A stretch of 64,000 nucleotides of DNA from Nostoc sp. DedSLP01 (GCA_034530875.2 JAVRCJ020000021.1:84499-148498); one strand, 5' to 3'; counted from the stretch's first letter, positions 28,945 through 40,056 are shown. Made by a program: numbers and translations. Notes: generated from the letters alone by a model not told the origin.

Positions 28945-30459
28945 ATGACAAGTGCAAAAATTTTAGTTGTCGAAGATGAAGCTATTGTCGCCAAAGACTT
29001 ACAATATCGGCTAAATAAATTTGGTTATACGGTTCCTATTATAGCTTCTTCAGGAGAAGAAGCTATTAATAAAGCAGTAGAAATTTCACCAGATTTGGTG
29101 CTTATGGATATTAAGCTCAAAGGTAAAATGGATGGAATAGAAGCTGCTCAAGAAATCTCCAAACGTTTGGATATTCCAGTCATTTATTTGACCGCTTATG
29201 CAGACGATAATACATTAGAAAGAGCTAAGATAACTGAGCCATTTGGTTATCTACTTAAACCTTTTAAAGAAAAGGAACTAAAAACCAATATTGAAATAGC
29301 TCTAATTAAACATCGTTTAGAAAAGCAACTGAAAGCAAATAAAAAATGGCTGGACGCACTTCTCAAAAGTATCAGTGATGGTGTAATTGCTAGCGACCTA
29401 CAACAATTGGTAACTTTTATGAATCCTGTGGCGGAAAATCTCACAGGATGGAAACAGGAAGAAGCTTGCGGTAGAAATTCATCGGAAGTATTTAATATTG
29501 CCGACGCAGAAACTCATACTCCTCTAGAAAATCCGATAACAAAAGTTATTCAAGATGGTAATATTGTTCACCTTCCCATAGACACGATTTTGATTGCAAA
29601 AGATGGCGCGACAATACCAATTAATGATAGTGCTGCACCAATTAAAGATGAGAAAGATCGGATTACGGGTGCTGTGGTAATCTTTCGGGATATTACCGAG
29701 CAAAAACAAGCAATTGAAGCACGTAAAAAGCAAATTGAGCAGGAGCAACTTGTGAGTCAATTAGAAGAAATAAATGAACTCAAAAATGACTTCTTGAGTT
29801 TAGTTTCTCATGAATTGCGATCGCCTCTGAGTAATATTAAAGTCATGATTCAGTTGTTACAAACTTCTACAGCGATGGAGGAAACTCAGCACTATCTAGA
29901 ACTAATGGATGCCGAGTGCGATCGCGAGCTAGAATTAATCGACGATTTACTAGACTTACAACGCCTAGAAAGCTTATCCGACCCGATTATTACACCAGAT
30001 GCCTTGTTGTTACAACAATGGCTACCTTGGGTAATTGAGCCATTTCAAATCCGTATTCAAGAACACCAGCAAATTTTACAGGTAAATCTTCCAGCAAATC
30101 TGCCGCCACTTTCCTCAGACGGCACTACCTTAGAACGAATTTTAGTAGAATTGCTCAATAATGCCTGTAAATACACACCAGCTCGTGGTGAAATTGTCCT
30201 CAGCGTAAGTCACGATTCTTCACAAACCCCCGCAAGAACTATTATCACTATCAGTAATTCAGTAGAAATTCCCGCAACAGAATTACCACGAATCTTTGAA
30301 AAATTTTATCGTATCCGTAACGCAGACATTTGGAATCAAGGTGGTTCGGGATTAGGTTTACCCATAGTAGAAAAATTAGTCCAACAACTGCAAGGAAACA
30401 TTCAAGTAGAAAGCAGCAACGGATGGACGACTTTCATCCTCACGTTACCTGATTTATAG
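28945..30459 (+). CDS. Hybrid receiver-PAS-histidine kinase
   Basis: REC domain (ILVVEDE, LMDI, KPF), PAS, SHELRSPL, ELLNNACKYT and GSGLGL. Confidence 0.92.
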   Translation: MTSAKILVVEDEAIVAKDLQYRLNKFGYTVPIIASSGEEAINKAVEISPDLVLMDIKLKGKMDGIEAAQEISKRLDIPVIYLTAYADDNTLERAKITEPFGYLLKPFKEKELKTNIEIALIKHRLEKQLKANKKWLDALLKSISDGVIASDLQQLVTFMNPVAENLTGWKQEEACGRNSSEVFNIADAETHTPLENPITKVIQDGNIVHLPIDTILIAKDGATIPINDSAAPIKDEKDRITGAVVIFRDITEQKQAIEARKKQIEQEQLVSQLEEINELKNDFLSLVSHELRSPLSNIKVMIQLLQTSTAMEETQHYLELMDAECDRELELIDDLLDLQRLESLSDPIITPDALLLQQWLPWVIEPFQIRIQEHQQILQVNLPANLPPLSSDGTTLERILVELLNNACKYTPARGEIVLSVSHDSSQTPARTIITISNSVEIPATELPRIFEKFYRIRNADIWNQGGSGLGLPIVEKLVQQLQGNIQVESSNGWTTFILTLPDL

Positions 30460-30893
30460 TATTCCTGAGACACGATTAATCGCGTCTCAGTACAAAACTT
30501 ATTCTCTCCCGACTTCGCCACAGCCTTAAATTTGACACAGGCACAGTTTTGTATTACGCTGTGCTACAATCTCCTTAGTTAGACTAAAGATTTCTCCCAA
30601 CTAGCTGGTTCCAAGTGAGAAAGAGAGTGCATTTACAGCCTTTATTATCTATCTAGCTTGATTACTGACAATTTGAATTGCAACAAGGAGTTAATGACAA
30701 AGAATTTGGCAGGTTGGCGCAGCAGTGGCTATTTGTAAAAAGTGTATATTCATTTACCAGTGTAATTGTTGCAATTAATCTACACTTTTGCTGTGGCGAC
30801 TTGTGCGTAATTGGTTTATATTACGAGAAAACTTTTGTACAACCTCCTACATCATCACCAAGTAACTAGATAACGCTACATAAATAGATAAAT

Positions 30894-32096
30894 ATGGACT
30901 TTGACTATTATAGAAGTAATGATGGCACTCCTACGAATAATACTCGTCAAAGCTTACTTGCTAGCGGTTGGCGGCCGTTTCACCGAGAATTAGACTGGAA
31001 TTTTGTATGGGATCTAGTATCTCATGATTCACGCGAACTAACTCAAAAAAGTTTGAATTTAGCAAGTAATATTGCTGAGATTTTGGGGCGAAATAATTAT
31101 TCTTGGTGGGCAAATTTATTAAATGTCGTATCTGATAATACGCGTTACGAAATTGAAAAATTTTGGAATTACATTACACCAGATCCTCAATCACCGGATC
31201 ATCGCTACAAAGATGTTTTGAGTACAGAAACACCGATTGTTCAATTCGTCAGTCGGAGCAGTATTCCCATTGATTACGTTCTTAACCGATTGCAAGAAAT
31301 TACTGTATTGCGAGTTTTACATTTGTTAGCTCGTCCTGATATTATTACTCAATATTATTCAGAAAGAGATTTTTACTTTCCTGTAGAAAAGTTTTTTAGC
31401 TGGGAACGGTTAGATGTAATTAATACTGTTTATGCTTACTGGGCTAAAGAAGACGTTTGGTTGCAAATTGACCCTTACGATCGCGGACGACGACAATATA
31501 CTTTAATGGCGAGAAATTTAGCGCCATTAATTAACAAAGGAACTTACGACTTAGCAGTAATGCTGAGTGGATATCAAAGTCGTGTCGGCAAAGTTCACAG
31601 TCAATTTCCTATTCGCACATTTCCAGAAGATATCCAAAACTTTACTGATTCTGTACAGCAAGCAATTCTCAATCAAAATCAGTTAGCAGTTCTCGTACAT
31701 GGAGAACCAGGAACGGGTAAAACAGCTTGGACGCAAGCAGTAGCAAAAGAAATTCTCGTACCTTTAGGTTTTGTAATTTTTATTTTAGATCACGATGCGA
31801 TCGCCAATTTTGTCCCGCCTACTTACTTAGAACGGATTTGTATCGTCATCAACGAAGCTGATAATCTAGCGCAAAATCGTGCATCGGAAGTAGCGCAATA
31901 CAACAATAAAACCGAACACATTCTCAGTTTGTTGGATGGCACTTTGTATCAAAGCGTAATTGATGACTCTGGCATTCAGATGCAGCAAAGGTTAGTTGTC
32001 TTAATGACTTGCAATACAACTGAAAGATTAGATCCAGCCATGTTACGTAAAGGTAGAGTGGATTTAATGTATGAGTTTACGCAATTGTTTGTGTAA
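30894..32096 (+). CDS. AAA-family ATPase with a variant Walker B
   Basis: Walker A GEPGTGKT, IVINEAD at Walker B, SRH TCNTTERLDPAMLRKGRVD. Confidence 0.85.
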   Translation: MDFDYYRSNDGTPTNNTRQSLLASGWRPFHRELDWNFVWDLVSHDSRELTQKSLNLASNIAEILGRNNYSWWANLLNVVSDNTRYEIEKFWNYITPDPQSPDHRYKDVLSTETPIVQFVSRSSIPIDYVLNRLQEITVLRVLHLLARPDIITQYYSERDFYFPVEKFFSWERLDVINTVYAYWAKEDVWLQIDPYDRGRRQYTLMARNLAPLINKGTYDLAVMLSGYQSRVGKVHSQFPIRTFPEDIQNFTDSVQQAILNQNQLAVLVHGEPGTGKTAWTQAVAKEILVPLGFVIFILDHDAIANFVPPTYLERICIVINEADNLAQNRASEVAQYNNKTEHILSLLDGTLYQSVIDDSGIQMQQRLVVLMTCNTTERLDPAMLRKGRVDLMYEFTQLFV

Positions 32097-32124
32097 GAAG
32101 TAGAAGGCAGAAGGAAAAATAACT

Positions 32125-33345
32125 GTGAAAATTCAACAACTAATTACAGAAGCACTTAGTTTACCTAATAATGCGATCGCTTATCATATCAGTCAGGAAT
32201 TAGCAGCAATTTATCCCCATAAAGGATTGGTAGAGGGTAACGATCCTACATTCAATTTGGAGAGATATACCCAGGTAAATCTATGCAGTCTCGAACAGAA
32301 TACCTTTATCCACAACCAGATTTTAACTAGCTGGGATGGGATGGAGCAAGAAATTTACCACCATACCGAAAATGCCAGTTTTGAAGTTGCATGGCAAGGA
32401 CACCAACTCGATATCCTTTTAATGAGTTGGCAAGAAGGTTATTGTAAAACTCGATATTATTGGATTTTGGCTGATACCAAACAAATAGCTGAAGAATTTT
32501 TTGTTGCTGTTTGTGAGTGGAATTCCGAAATTCGTGAGGAAGTTTTAGTATTTGAAGATGGTTATTGGGAAAAAGATGAAGACTTATTCCAATCAATTCA
32601 AGGTGCTACTTTTGAGAATCTGATTTTGCACGGTAATCTCAAAGAAGATATTCAAGATGACTTGAATGCATTCTTTGCATCCCGTGAAACTTACGCAGCT
32701 TATGGCGTACCTTGGAAGCGGGGTATTTTATTCATTGGTTCGCCAGGAAATGGCAAAACCCACACAGTAAAAGCATTGATTAATCAAATGCAACAACCTT
32801 GCTTGTACGTGAAAAGCTTCAAATCTGAATATGACACCGATAGCGAAAATATTCGGAAAGTCTTCAAACAAGCTAGGCAATCAGCACCTTGTATTTTAGT
32901 ATTAGAAGATATCGATTCTCTGTTAACTGATGAAAATCGTTCCTTCTTTTTAAACGAACTGGATGGCTTCGCCTTAAACGAAGGAATTATCACCATTGCA
33001 ACTACAAATCATCCAGAACGTTTAGATTCAGCAATTAGCGATCGCCCCAGCCGGTTTGACCGCAAATATCACTTTGAGTTACCAGATGTTCTAGTTAGAC
33101 AAGCTTATATCACATTGTGGAATCATAAATTAAAAACTGCAATGCAGTTGTCTGACGAAACTATAAATCGGATAGTGACATTAACAGATGGCTTTTCTTT
33201 CGCCTATCTCAAAGAACTATTTCTCTCATCGATGATTCGCTGGATGGCAACCTTAGAAGCAGGGGCAATGGAAAAAATTATGCTTTCTCAAGTTGCAGTT
33301 TTGCGAGAACAAATGAGCAGTACAACTATTAGTAGTGAAGCCTAA
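32125..33345 (+). CDS. AAA-family ATPase (BCS1-like)
   Basis: GVPWKRGILFIGSPGNGKT, LVLEDID, TTNHPERLDSAISDRPSRFD. Confidence 0.9.
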   Translation: MKIQQLITEALSLPNNAIAYHISQELAAIYPHKGLVEGNDPTFNLERYTQVNLCSLEQNTFIHNQILTSWDGMEQEIYHHTENASFEVAWQGHQLDILLMSWQEGYCKTRYYWILADTKQIAEEFFVAVCEWNSEIREEVLVFEDGYWEKDEDLFQSIQGATFENLILHGNLKEDIQDDLNAFFASRETYAAYGVPWKRGILFIGSPGNGKTHTVKALINQMQQPCLYVKSFKSEYDTDSENIRKVFKQARQSAPCILVLEDIDSLLTDENRSFFLNELDGFALNEGIITIATTNHPERLDSAISDRPSRFDRKYHFELPDVLVRQAYITLWNHKLKTAMQLSDETINRIVTLTDGFSFAYLKELFLSSMIRWMATLEAGAMEKIMLSQVAVLREQMSSTTISSEA

Positions 33346-33372
33346 GGAAACTAGGAGATACTGCTTACCTTT

Positions 33373-33496
33373 ATATCCCCCTAAATTCCCCTTAAAAAGG
33401 GGTACTTTAAGAAGCTTTCCCCCATTTTTAAGGGGGGCTTGGGGGGATCGACAAGTGCCTAAAATCACAGCTAACCACTTTTCAAACAACCTCTTA
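33373..33496. mobile_element. Partial inverted copy of the 22916-23084 MITE
   Basis: GTGCCTAAAATCACAGC...ACTTTTCAAACAACCTCTTA is the reverse complement of that element's left end; same internal hairpins. Confidence 0.7.
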
Positions 33497-33565
33497 GTGT
33501 AACTGACGCTGTTGGTGGTTTAACTGGTTTTTAGAAAGGTTTTTGACTCTAACTGAGCCTATTGA

Positions 33566-33766
33566 TTAATAACCTTCTATTTTAAAACCAGCGGATTGAA
33601 TTATCTGTTTAATTGACTCTTCAGAAGCCGCAGTGTCTACAGTTACAGTTTTAGAATCAACGTTCACGTCTACTTTGGCATCAGATTCCATAGTCTGAAT
33701 AGATTGAGTTATTTTTTTGGCGCAATCATTACCTTTAATATTCGGAACTTTCAATTGAATTGTCAT
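33566..33766 (-). CDS. Heavy-metal-associated (CopZ/Atx1-like) domain protein
   Basis: HMA fold pattern MTIQLKVPNI...CAKKI...VDVNVDSKTVTV...AGF. Confidence 0.8.
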   Translation of the reverse strand: MTIQLKVPNIKGNDCAKKITQSIQTMESDAKVDVNVDSKTVTVDTAASEESIKQIIQSAGFKIEGY

Positions 33767-34392
33767 TACTTCCTCGCTAAATCGAATAGAATTTTTATTT
33801 CACAAATATAATAAAGGTTGAGATAGCAAGTACACATCTTACTATAGTGAGGTAATTGTGCATCCTCAAGATAGTTATAAATAATATTTCTACTTCAATA
33901 GTTTTTCTGAGAATTGTGGAACAGGAAAAGAAAATAAAATACCAAAATATATAAATTTTATTTGTGAAAATATACTTAGTAATACTAACTTCTAAAAAGT
34001 AACTGATTGAGTTAGGAATGAAGACTATACTAGAGATTGTAGATTTTGCTATCGGCGTTTTTGTGCTGCATAGTTTTTCTTGCAGCACTGCCCGAAGATA
34101 TAAATATTTATACGTAAGGCACGAAGCTTTTTATCTGTAATTTTTAACTGTTTTTATGCTTTAGCTACTTCTGTTTAACTCTTAGAGCATATATATATCC
34201 AAAAACAGCTACCTTGTGGCATATATCTGTTGATTGCAGCAGTTTATTGAAATTAATATACTGTTGCCCTTGGACAAAGAGGAGTTTTGCTCAACCATAT
34301 TATTGAAAATAATTTAGTTAAATCGCCCAGATTGACGTATTTACCTGTAGCATCATCAATAAATAAGAGCAAGAATATTTAACTCATCATCA

Positions 34393-35364
34393 ATGCCACA
34401 GCAGGATTCCGTAACCATAACTGATATCCAAGCAGCACAAGCGCGACTTTTAGGAATTGCCCACCGTACACCCGTGCTGACTTCTAGAACTGTTAACGAT
34501 CGCACTCATAGCCAAGTGTTTTTTAAATGCGAAAATTTTCAACGTACTGGTTCGTTTAAATTTCGAGGTGCTTACAACGCTTTAGCACAACTCTCAGCAG
34601 CACAAAAACAAGCAGGCGTCGTCACTTTTTCATCGGGAAATCATGCCCAAGCGATCGCCTTAGCTGGAAAATTACTAAATATTCCTGCTACTATTGTTAT
34701 GCCTGATGATGCGCCAGCTGTTAAGCAAACTGCTACTCGCAGTTATGGTGCAGAGATAATTTTGTACAATCGCCAAACAACCAACCGCGAAGAATTAGCC
34801 CAAAATTTAGCAAGCGACAAGAATCTCACACTGATTCCACCATACGATCGTCCTCATATAATCGCAGGACAAGGCACAGCAGCTTTAGAACTAATTCAAG
34901 AAGTTGGGGAATTGGACTTAGTGTTAGTTTGTTGTGGCGGTGGTGGGTTACTTTCTGGTAATGCGATCGCTACCAAAGCACTTTTACCTGATTGTAAAGT
35001 AATCGGCGTCGAACCAACACTTGCCGACGATGCTACCCGTTCCTTTCACAGTAAAACCCTGCAAACTGTAAAAAATCCCAATACCATCGCAGACGGTGCC
35101 CGCACTCCTAGCCTTGGTAAAATTACTTTTCCCCTAGTGTTGCGCTACGTCGATGATATGGCAACCGTATCTGAAGAAGCCATTGTTCGCACCATGTTTT
35201 TCTTGTGGGAACGTCTGAAAATTGTCGTGGAACCAACTGGAGTACTCGCCGCCGCAGCCTTACTCGAAGGTGTCGTCACAGCACCACAAGCAAAGGTTGG
35301 TGTCATCATCAGCGGTGGAAACGTAGATTTGGCACAAGTTAGTAAATTGTTTTCTCAGTGTTGA
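34393..35364 (+). CDS. PLP-dependent serine/threonine dehydratase family (threo-3-hydroxyaspartate ammonia-lyase-like)
   Basis: KCENFQRTGSFKFRGA, SSGNHAQ, GGGGLLSG and ISGGNVD. Confidence 0.9.
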   Translation: MPQQDSVTITDIQAAQARLLGIAHRTPVLTSRTVNDRTHSQVFFKCENFQRTGSFKFRGAYNALAQLSAAQKQAGVVTFSSGNHAQAIALAGKLLNIPATIVMPDDAPAVKQTATRSYGAEIILYNRQTTNREELAQNLASDKNLTLIPPYDRPHIIAGQGTAALELIQEVGELDLVLVCCGGGGLLSGNAIATKALLPDCKVIGVEPTLADDATRSFHSKTLQTVKNPNTIADGARTPSLGKITFPLVLRYVDDMATVSEEAIVRTMFFLWERLKIVVEPTGVLAAAALLEGVVTAPQAKVGVIISGGNVDLAQVSKLFSQC

Positions 35365-35493
35365 TGAAAATATACAAGAGACGTTGCAATGCAACGTTTC
35401 TACTGATTGTTTTGCACCAAATCGTAGATTTGGTGGGGGTCTTAAACCCAGTTATTCAGACGCTACGCTCGAATACTCGCTAACGCTGCGCTA

Positions 35494-35523
35494 TCGCGGA
35501 CACGGCGAATCGCTGCTCTATCC
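35494..35523 (+). repeat. Small dispersed repeat (identical copy at 40057-40086)
   Basis: TCGCGGACACGGCGAATCGCTGCTCTATCC, 30/30 identical. Confidence 0.85.
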
Positions 35524-35672
35524 GCCAGTCGTACAGGATTCATACTGAATTCTGACTCCTGAATTCTATCTTGATAAAATTAGCAATACCGGAATTCTTC
35601 TGTTTCCCTTTCTCTGTTCAGAAAGTAAACTAGGGTTTTGCTAAAATACTTTACATATATTAAGAAATTTAA

Positions 35673-37004
35673 ATGCAATTACTCAATATCACCTTTATGA
35701 AGGCTGTTCTTAAAGATTCAGAGCAACCAACTAGGTTCTTTTCTCACCTGAGATTTGATGGAAATAAGCTCAATCATCAACCAGGTAGTGTATTGGGAAG
35801 CACAGCATTGATTGCGGGAACTACGGTAGGTGCGGGAATTCTGGCTCTACCAGCCGTCACCCTGCCGTCAGGAATTTTGCCATCTACATTTGGGTTGATT
35901 GCTGTTTGGCTTTACGCTTTAGTTTCAGGTTTATTAATTGCAGAGGTGACTTTAAACACCATACGTCTAGAAGGACGCCCGAGTATAGGTCTGTTGGGAG
36001 TTGTGGAAAAGACGCTGGGAAAGTTGGGGGCGCGATTTGCTAGCGGCGCATATTTATTTATGCACTACGCTCTGTTGGTAGCATACATTACCCAAGGCGG
36101 AGAAATTTTAGGAACTGCGATCGCCAAACTTTGGGGCGTGGAAAACTTCTTGCCTGCGTGGGTGGGTACAACAACCTTCACGCTAATCTTTGGCGGTATT
36201 ATGTATCTTGGGCGAGAAAAGTTTATTGAGAAATTAAATAGCGCCTTTGTCGGAATTGTCATTGTTTCCTTTTTGGGATTGCTATTACTAGCAGCAGGGC
36301 AAGTTAAGAGTAGCCAATTATTAATTCAGAATTGGAGTGCCCTCGGTAGTGCGGTTTCGGTGATGTGTGTAGCGCTATTTTATCAAAACGTTGTGCCGGT
36401 AGTTGTGACGCAACTTGAAGGAGATGCCCGCAAAATTCGCCAGTCTATTTTTATTGGTTCGTTGATTCCCCTAATCATGTTCTTGGCGTGGAATGCTGTA
36501 ATTTTGGCAAGCGTTAATCCCGATATACTACACAGCGCTGGGGGTAAAACTGTTTTTGACCCACTGCAAATTTTGCGAGCTGGTGGTGCGGGAGAATGGT
36601 TAGGAGTGTTAGTATCAGTGTTTTCAGAGTTTGCGATCGCCACATCATTCATTGGATTTGTATACGGATTATTAGATCTATTCAAAGATATTTTTCTGAT
36701 TGCACAAACTAAAATTTCTAGTCGCCTACCCCTGTATTCGCTGGTGCTTTTTCCTCCAATGACCCTTGGTACCCTCAATCCCAGCATCTTTTTTACTGCC
36801 CTAGATTACACTGGAACCTTCAGCATCTCAGTTCTAGGTGGAATTATTCCAGCATTAATGACTTGGAAGCAACGTCAACAGCAAAAAAACTCGCTTCACA
36901 TCAATCAACCACTCGTTCCGGGTGGTCAGGTTACACTCATGGCGATGATTGCAGTGGCATTAGTCTTGATAGTCAGACAGATTACCTCAATTTACACAAA
37001 TTAA
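35673..37004 (+). CDS. Aromatic amino acid permease (TyrP/Mtr family)
   Basis: LIAGTTVGAGILALP, YALLVAYI and ATSFIG, with multiple TM helices. Confidence 0.88.
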   Translation: MQLLNITFMKAVLKDSEQPTRFFSHLRFDGNKLNHQPGSVLGSTALIAGTTVGAGILALPAVTLPSGILPSTFGLIAVWLYALVSGLLIAEVTLNTIRLEGRPSIGLLGVVEKTLGKLGARFASGAYLFMHYALLVAYITQGGEILGTAIAKLWGVENFLPAWVGTTTFTLIFGGIMYLGREKFIEKLNSAFVGIVIVSFLGLLLLAAGQVKSSQLLIQNWSALGSAVSVMCVALFYQNVVPVVVTQLEGDARKIRQSIFIGSLIPLIMFLAWNAVILASVNPDILHSAGGKTVFDPLQILRAGGAGEWLGVLVSVFSEFAIATSFIGFVYGLLDLFKDIFLIAQTKISSRLPLYSLVLFPPMTLGTLNPSIFFTALDYTGTFSISVLGGIIPALMTWKQRQQQKNSLHINQPLVPGGQVTLMAMIAVALVLIVRQITSIYTN

Positions 37005-37076
37005 AGCTATCAATCAAGATTGTGATGTAGTATTCCAGTGTAATATTGTAGTATTCAACATCGTAATCAGAATCAA

Positions 37077-37622
37077 ATGAGCGATCCTCGAGTTATAAAA
37101 ATTAGTAAATATCTGAGCAAATATCTGCGACACACGCCGGAGGAAATTGGCATTGAACTTGCTCCTGGTGGTTGGGTTGCGGTTGAAAAACTACTTACAG
37201 CTTGTGCTAAAAACAAGTTTCTCATTAGCCGTCAGGAATTACAACTAGTAGTTGAATCTAACGATAAACAACGCTTTTCTTTTGATTCCACAGGTACTTT
37301 GATTCGTGCTAATCAAGGACATAGTGTGGAAGTTGATTTGCAATTAGAAGCTGTTGTACCGCCAGATTTGCTTTATCACGGTACGGGACATAAATCTGTA
37401 GAGTCAATTTTAGAAAAAGGACTTTGCAAAATGTCGCGTCACCACGTTCATTTATCGAGGGATATTGCTACAGCTCAAAAAGTAGGAGCAAGGCATGGAA
37501 AACCAGTAGTTTTTATTGTAGATGCTGCGGCAATGCATCAGGCAGGTTATATCTTTTATTGTTCTGATAATGGTGTTTGGTTAGTGGATAGCGTGCCAAC
37601 TGAATATTTACAACAAATTTAA
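37077..37622 (+). CDS. kptA: RNA 2'-phosphotransferase (Tpt1/KptA)
   Basis: SKYLRH, KQRF, IRANQGHS, LYHGT, MSRHHVHLS and NGVWL. Confidence 0.93.
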   Translation: MSDPRVIKISKYLSKYLRHTPEEIGIELAPGGWVAVEKLLTACAKNKFLISRQELQLVVESNDKQRFSFDSTGTLIRANQGHSVEVDLQLEAVVPPDLLYHGTGHKSVESILEKGLCKMSRHHVHLSRDIATAQKVGARHGKPVVFIVDAAAMHQAGYIFYCSDNGVWLVDSVPTEYLQQI

Positions 37623-37856
37623 ACTCAAAAAATACATATATATAGTGGTAGCCAGATATGTTAGGACATAATGACAAGCTTAAATGCTAGGAATAGTAAT
37701 ACTTTTACCTCCTGCCTCCTGCTATAAAACTCATATTTAATTTTTGAAATAGACACATCTAAAAACTCCACTAATTAAAAATTAGTGGAGTAATTCATAT
37801 TAAACTATGTTCAATCAATCCTTATGAAAATTACGATTTACATCACACAAGCTAAA

Positions 37857-38039
37857 CTAGTCTATAGCTTTCTTGATTTCATCTTTGATGTTTTCTACAA
37901 CATGAATACCTTGGGCTTCAGCTTGTTTTGATTGTCCTTCAACTTTATCTTGGGGATTACCAGTTACTTCACCCACAACCTCTTGAATTTTTCCTTCAAT
38001 ATTTTTTACAGTCGCTTCGATTCTTTTTTCAGCACTCAT
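37857..38039 (-). CDS. CsbD-family stress protein
   Basis: KNIEGKIQEVVGEVTGNPQDKVEGQSKQ. Confidence 0.85.
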   Translation of the reverse strand: MSAEKRIEATVKNIEGKIQEVVGEVTGNPQDKVEGQSKQAEAQGIHVVENIKDEIKKAID

Positions 38040-38475
38040 GGTTTTTTCTCCGATTTGTAGTTGGTTAAGCTATTAATTAATTTACTGGCAATGTACGTTT
38101 TTTTACTTCCATCAAGTGAACTAAAAATTAGGTAAATAATAGTATCTTCAGATAGATGCACAATGGCGCACCAGCATATAGTCTAAAAAATGAAAGCGTT
38201 ATAAATAAAATATATATATCTTAAAGAAGAAGTCCAAATACTATCAGTAGATAGATATGTAGGGGCGTACAACTGTTATTGGTGCCAACTTCAGCCTTGC
38301 CGTATAGAATTCGCAGCTATACAAACAAAATAGTTTGGTGCGGACTACTGTAAAATTAAGGTTTTTAACCCGGGTCGGTGCGCTTTGTTTGTATAAAAAC
38401 GGTTTATAACCGCCTATTTCGCTTTGGTAATTGTAATGATATAAACAAAATTTCAAGAATAAGGAAAGTCAAGGA

Positions 38476-39363
38476 GTGGCAAAAAAACGTCATAAAAAAG
38501 TCTGGAAAAGTGAGATTAATGACATCATTCGCGGTGCTTGTGGAGGTTTTTTATTTGGTATACCTTTGCTGTATACAATGGAAGTTTGGTGGATTGGCTC
38601 GTTGGCAAAACCACAACAGATGATGATAGCGATCGCTCTGATGTTTATTGTAGTTTTCCTACTAAATCAAACAGAAGGTTTTCGCAAACGCAGATATACT
38701 TGGCAAGCCGGTCAAGCTGCAATGGATACCGTAGAAGCAATAGCGATCGGCATAGCTTGCTCTGCATTTATTCTATTACTATTACGAGAAATAACCCTAG
38801 AAACTTCCCTGAGGGAATCTTTAGGAAAAATCATCTTTGAAAGTGTACCCTTTACTCTCGGCGTCGCATTAGCTAACCAGTTTTTGGGAGATACTAGAAA
38901 CGACAATGGTAACGAGCAAACAACACCTGCCAAAAATAATGGAGCGAAGAATCAGCAAAATGAAATAGACGCTACTTTAGCTGATATAGGTGCAACCGTA
39001 ATTGGTGCGATCGTGATTGCATTTAACATTGCGCCAACAGATGAAATTACAATGTTAGCAGCCGCAGCTTCACCAGCTTGGGAATTGGCAATTATCGCTG
39101 CATCATTGCTAATTTCTTATGGCATCGTATTTCAGGCAGGCTTTTCCGACCAAAAAAAGCGAAGACAGCAAAAAGGCATTTTTCAAAGGCCATCTAGCGA
39201 AACTATCGTGTCTTATTTAGTGTCGCTATTAGCAGGCGCTTTTATGCTGTGGTTCTTTCAAAAAGTGACTTTTAGCGACCCTTGGACAATGTGGTTAGAC
39301 CACACATTAATGTTAGGTTTACCTGCAACTATTGGTGGTGCAGCTGGTAGGTTAGCGATATGA
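38476..39363 (+). CDS. TIGR02587-family (DUF2391) membrane protein
   Basis: GGFLFGIPLLYTMEVWWIG, AFNIAPTDEI and IGGAAGRLAI. Confidence 0.85.
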   Translation: MAKKRHKKVWKSEINDIIRGACGGFLFGIPLLYTMEVWWIGSLAKPQQMMIAIALMFIVVFLLNQTEGFRKRRYTWQAGQAAMDTVEAIAIGIACSAFILLLLREITLETSLRESLGKIIFESVPFTLGVALANQFLGDTRNDNGNEQTTPAKNNGAKNQQNEIDATLADIGATVIGAIVIAFNIAPTDEITMLAAAASPAWELAIIAASLLISYGIVFQAGFSDQKKRRQQKGIFQRPSSETIVSYLVSLLAGAFMLWFFQKVTFSDPWTMWLDHTLMLGLPATIGGAAGRLAI

Positions 39364-39764
39364 CTAAAGCAGAACAATCAGAACAACCAAAGCGTTCTCT
39401 TGCTGAGTGGGTGACATTTAGCATCGCCTCATTTATCCTAGCAATTATTGTGGGCTTGGTAGGCTACACTTGGCTGAACGAAAAAAATCAACCTCCTATC
39501 ATTTCTGTCAGCAAAAAAGAAACGATTCGGGAAATTGATGGACAATTTTATGTACCTTTTGAAGTCGTCAATACTGGAGGAGAAACAGCCGAGTCAGTTC
39601 AAATTATGGCTGAGTTAATAATTGACGGTAAAGTTGCAGAATCAGGAGAACAACAAATTGACTTTTTATCTCGTGGCGAAACTGAAGAAGGCGCATTTTT
39701 ATTCAGCCAAAATCCCGGTCAGGGTAAGTTAAATCTGCGTATTGCTAGCTATAAATCACCATAA
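39360..39764 (+). CDS. TIGR02588-family protein
   Basis: AEWVTF, FYVPFEVVNTGGETAESVQI and IDFLS; 4-bp overlap with the upstream gene. Confidence 0.85.
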   Translation: MTKAEQSEQPKRSLAEWVTFSIASFILAIIVGLVGYTWLNEKNQPPIISVSKKETIREIDGQFYVPFEVVNTGGETAESVQIMAELIIDGKVAESGEQQIDFLSRGETEEGAFLFSQNPGQGKLNLRIASYKSP

Positions 39765-39833
39765 TGTCATTAGTCATTGGCAAAGTATAAAAGGCTAATG
39801 ACTAATGACTAATAACTAATCACGATCGCCAGC

Positions 39834-40056
39834 TCAAGCTTTTACTTTAGCTTTTGACCAAACACCGTTTTCATCTTCATCATATTGCTGGTGAATCGTA
39901 TCCCAAGCAGCTTGCTCGGCTCTAAACTCATCACTTTTTTCATTGAGTACGGCATTATAGCGATCGATGAATGTACGCTGAGCTTCGCTAAAAAGATGAG
40001 CGCGAACTTCAGGAGACAAGTCTTCTGGGCTGTTGCATACTCCTGGGCAAGGACGC
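39834..40056 (-). pseudogene. C-terminal remnant of a ChaB-domain protein
   Basis: Frame reads [32 protein letters not shown]...[10 protein letters not shown]. Upstream it runs into a dispersed repeat and an in-frame stop, with no ATG. Confidence 0.65.
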
